A DNA stretch of 60,723 nucleotides, filler included, from Sphacelaria rigidula (lineage: Eukaryota), in the NCBI GenBank assembly GCA_964200075.2. It is 10 parts of 10 records of this genome, joined end to end, with 100 filler letters (N's around TTAATTAATTAA, not from the genome) between each part and the next. Parts side by side here need not be neighbours in the genome. Positions count along the whole stretch, not along the records: positions 54,742 to 60,723 come from CAXNAA020023027.1; 9 more parts are not named here. One strand, given 5' to 3'. Shown here piece after piece: positions 60,659 through 60,723 of the stretch (positions within the stretch are counted from its first letter, which is position 1; the number at the start of each line of letters is the position of its first letter). Position numbers and translations under genes: made by a program. The notes below the pieces were generated by a model, which worked only from the letters and a program-made list of their open reading frames with translations, was not told where the DNA came from and made no database searches.

Positions 60659-60723
60659 GCCCCGGTGGCTCAGTTGGTAACCTCGAAATCTTCTGATGGT
60701 TGAGTTGTGGGGTTCGATTCCCG
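60659..60723 (+). mobile_element. tRNA-like SINE head (truncated at window end)
   Basis: GCCCCGGTGGCTCAGTTGG (A box) and GGTTCGATTCCCG (B box); same start as SINE family 1; no clean anticodon stem. Confidence 0.6.

Noticed and set aside
60659..60723. Functional tRNA genes here and at 21011, 36280, 18459
   Set aside because: A/B boxes are present, but there is no proper cloverleaf or anticodon stem, and where sequence continues the heads run into dispersed repeat bodies.

Overview
This window is eukaryotic, intron-rich and repeat-rich genomic DNA. It is probably from a stramenopile, most likely a brown alga; this is an inference from gene structure, the WVDD-type Gypsy RT and the character of the repeats. 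It is not one locus. Ten unrelated contigs of 5983 or 5982 bp are joined by nine identical artificial 100-bp linkers (N44-TTAATTAATTAA-N44), so adjacency across a linker means nothing. Supported content: (1) the 5' part of a decayed Ty3/Gypsy LTR retrotransposon; (2) a spliced minus-strand gene with 7 phase-compatible exons, encoding an F-box followed by an XPA/Rad14-like C4 zinc finger and helical module; (3) the first three exons of a NADAR/YbiA-family gene, head-to-head with a gene whose first exon resembles a mitochondrial presequence; (4) exon 1 of PWP2/UTP1; (5) several orphan exons; (6) a coiled-coil ORF bracketed by ~100-bp direct repeats; (7) many non-autonomous elements, including tRNA-derived SINEs, non-LTR 3' tails and hairpin MITEs (piggyBac-type and telomere-motif-bearing). 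There is no rRNA, intact tRNA or CRISPR array, and most ORFs in the supplied track are spurious. The most novel-looking item is the F-box/XPA-like fusion. I found no convincing multi-gene new system.
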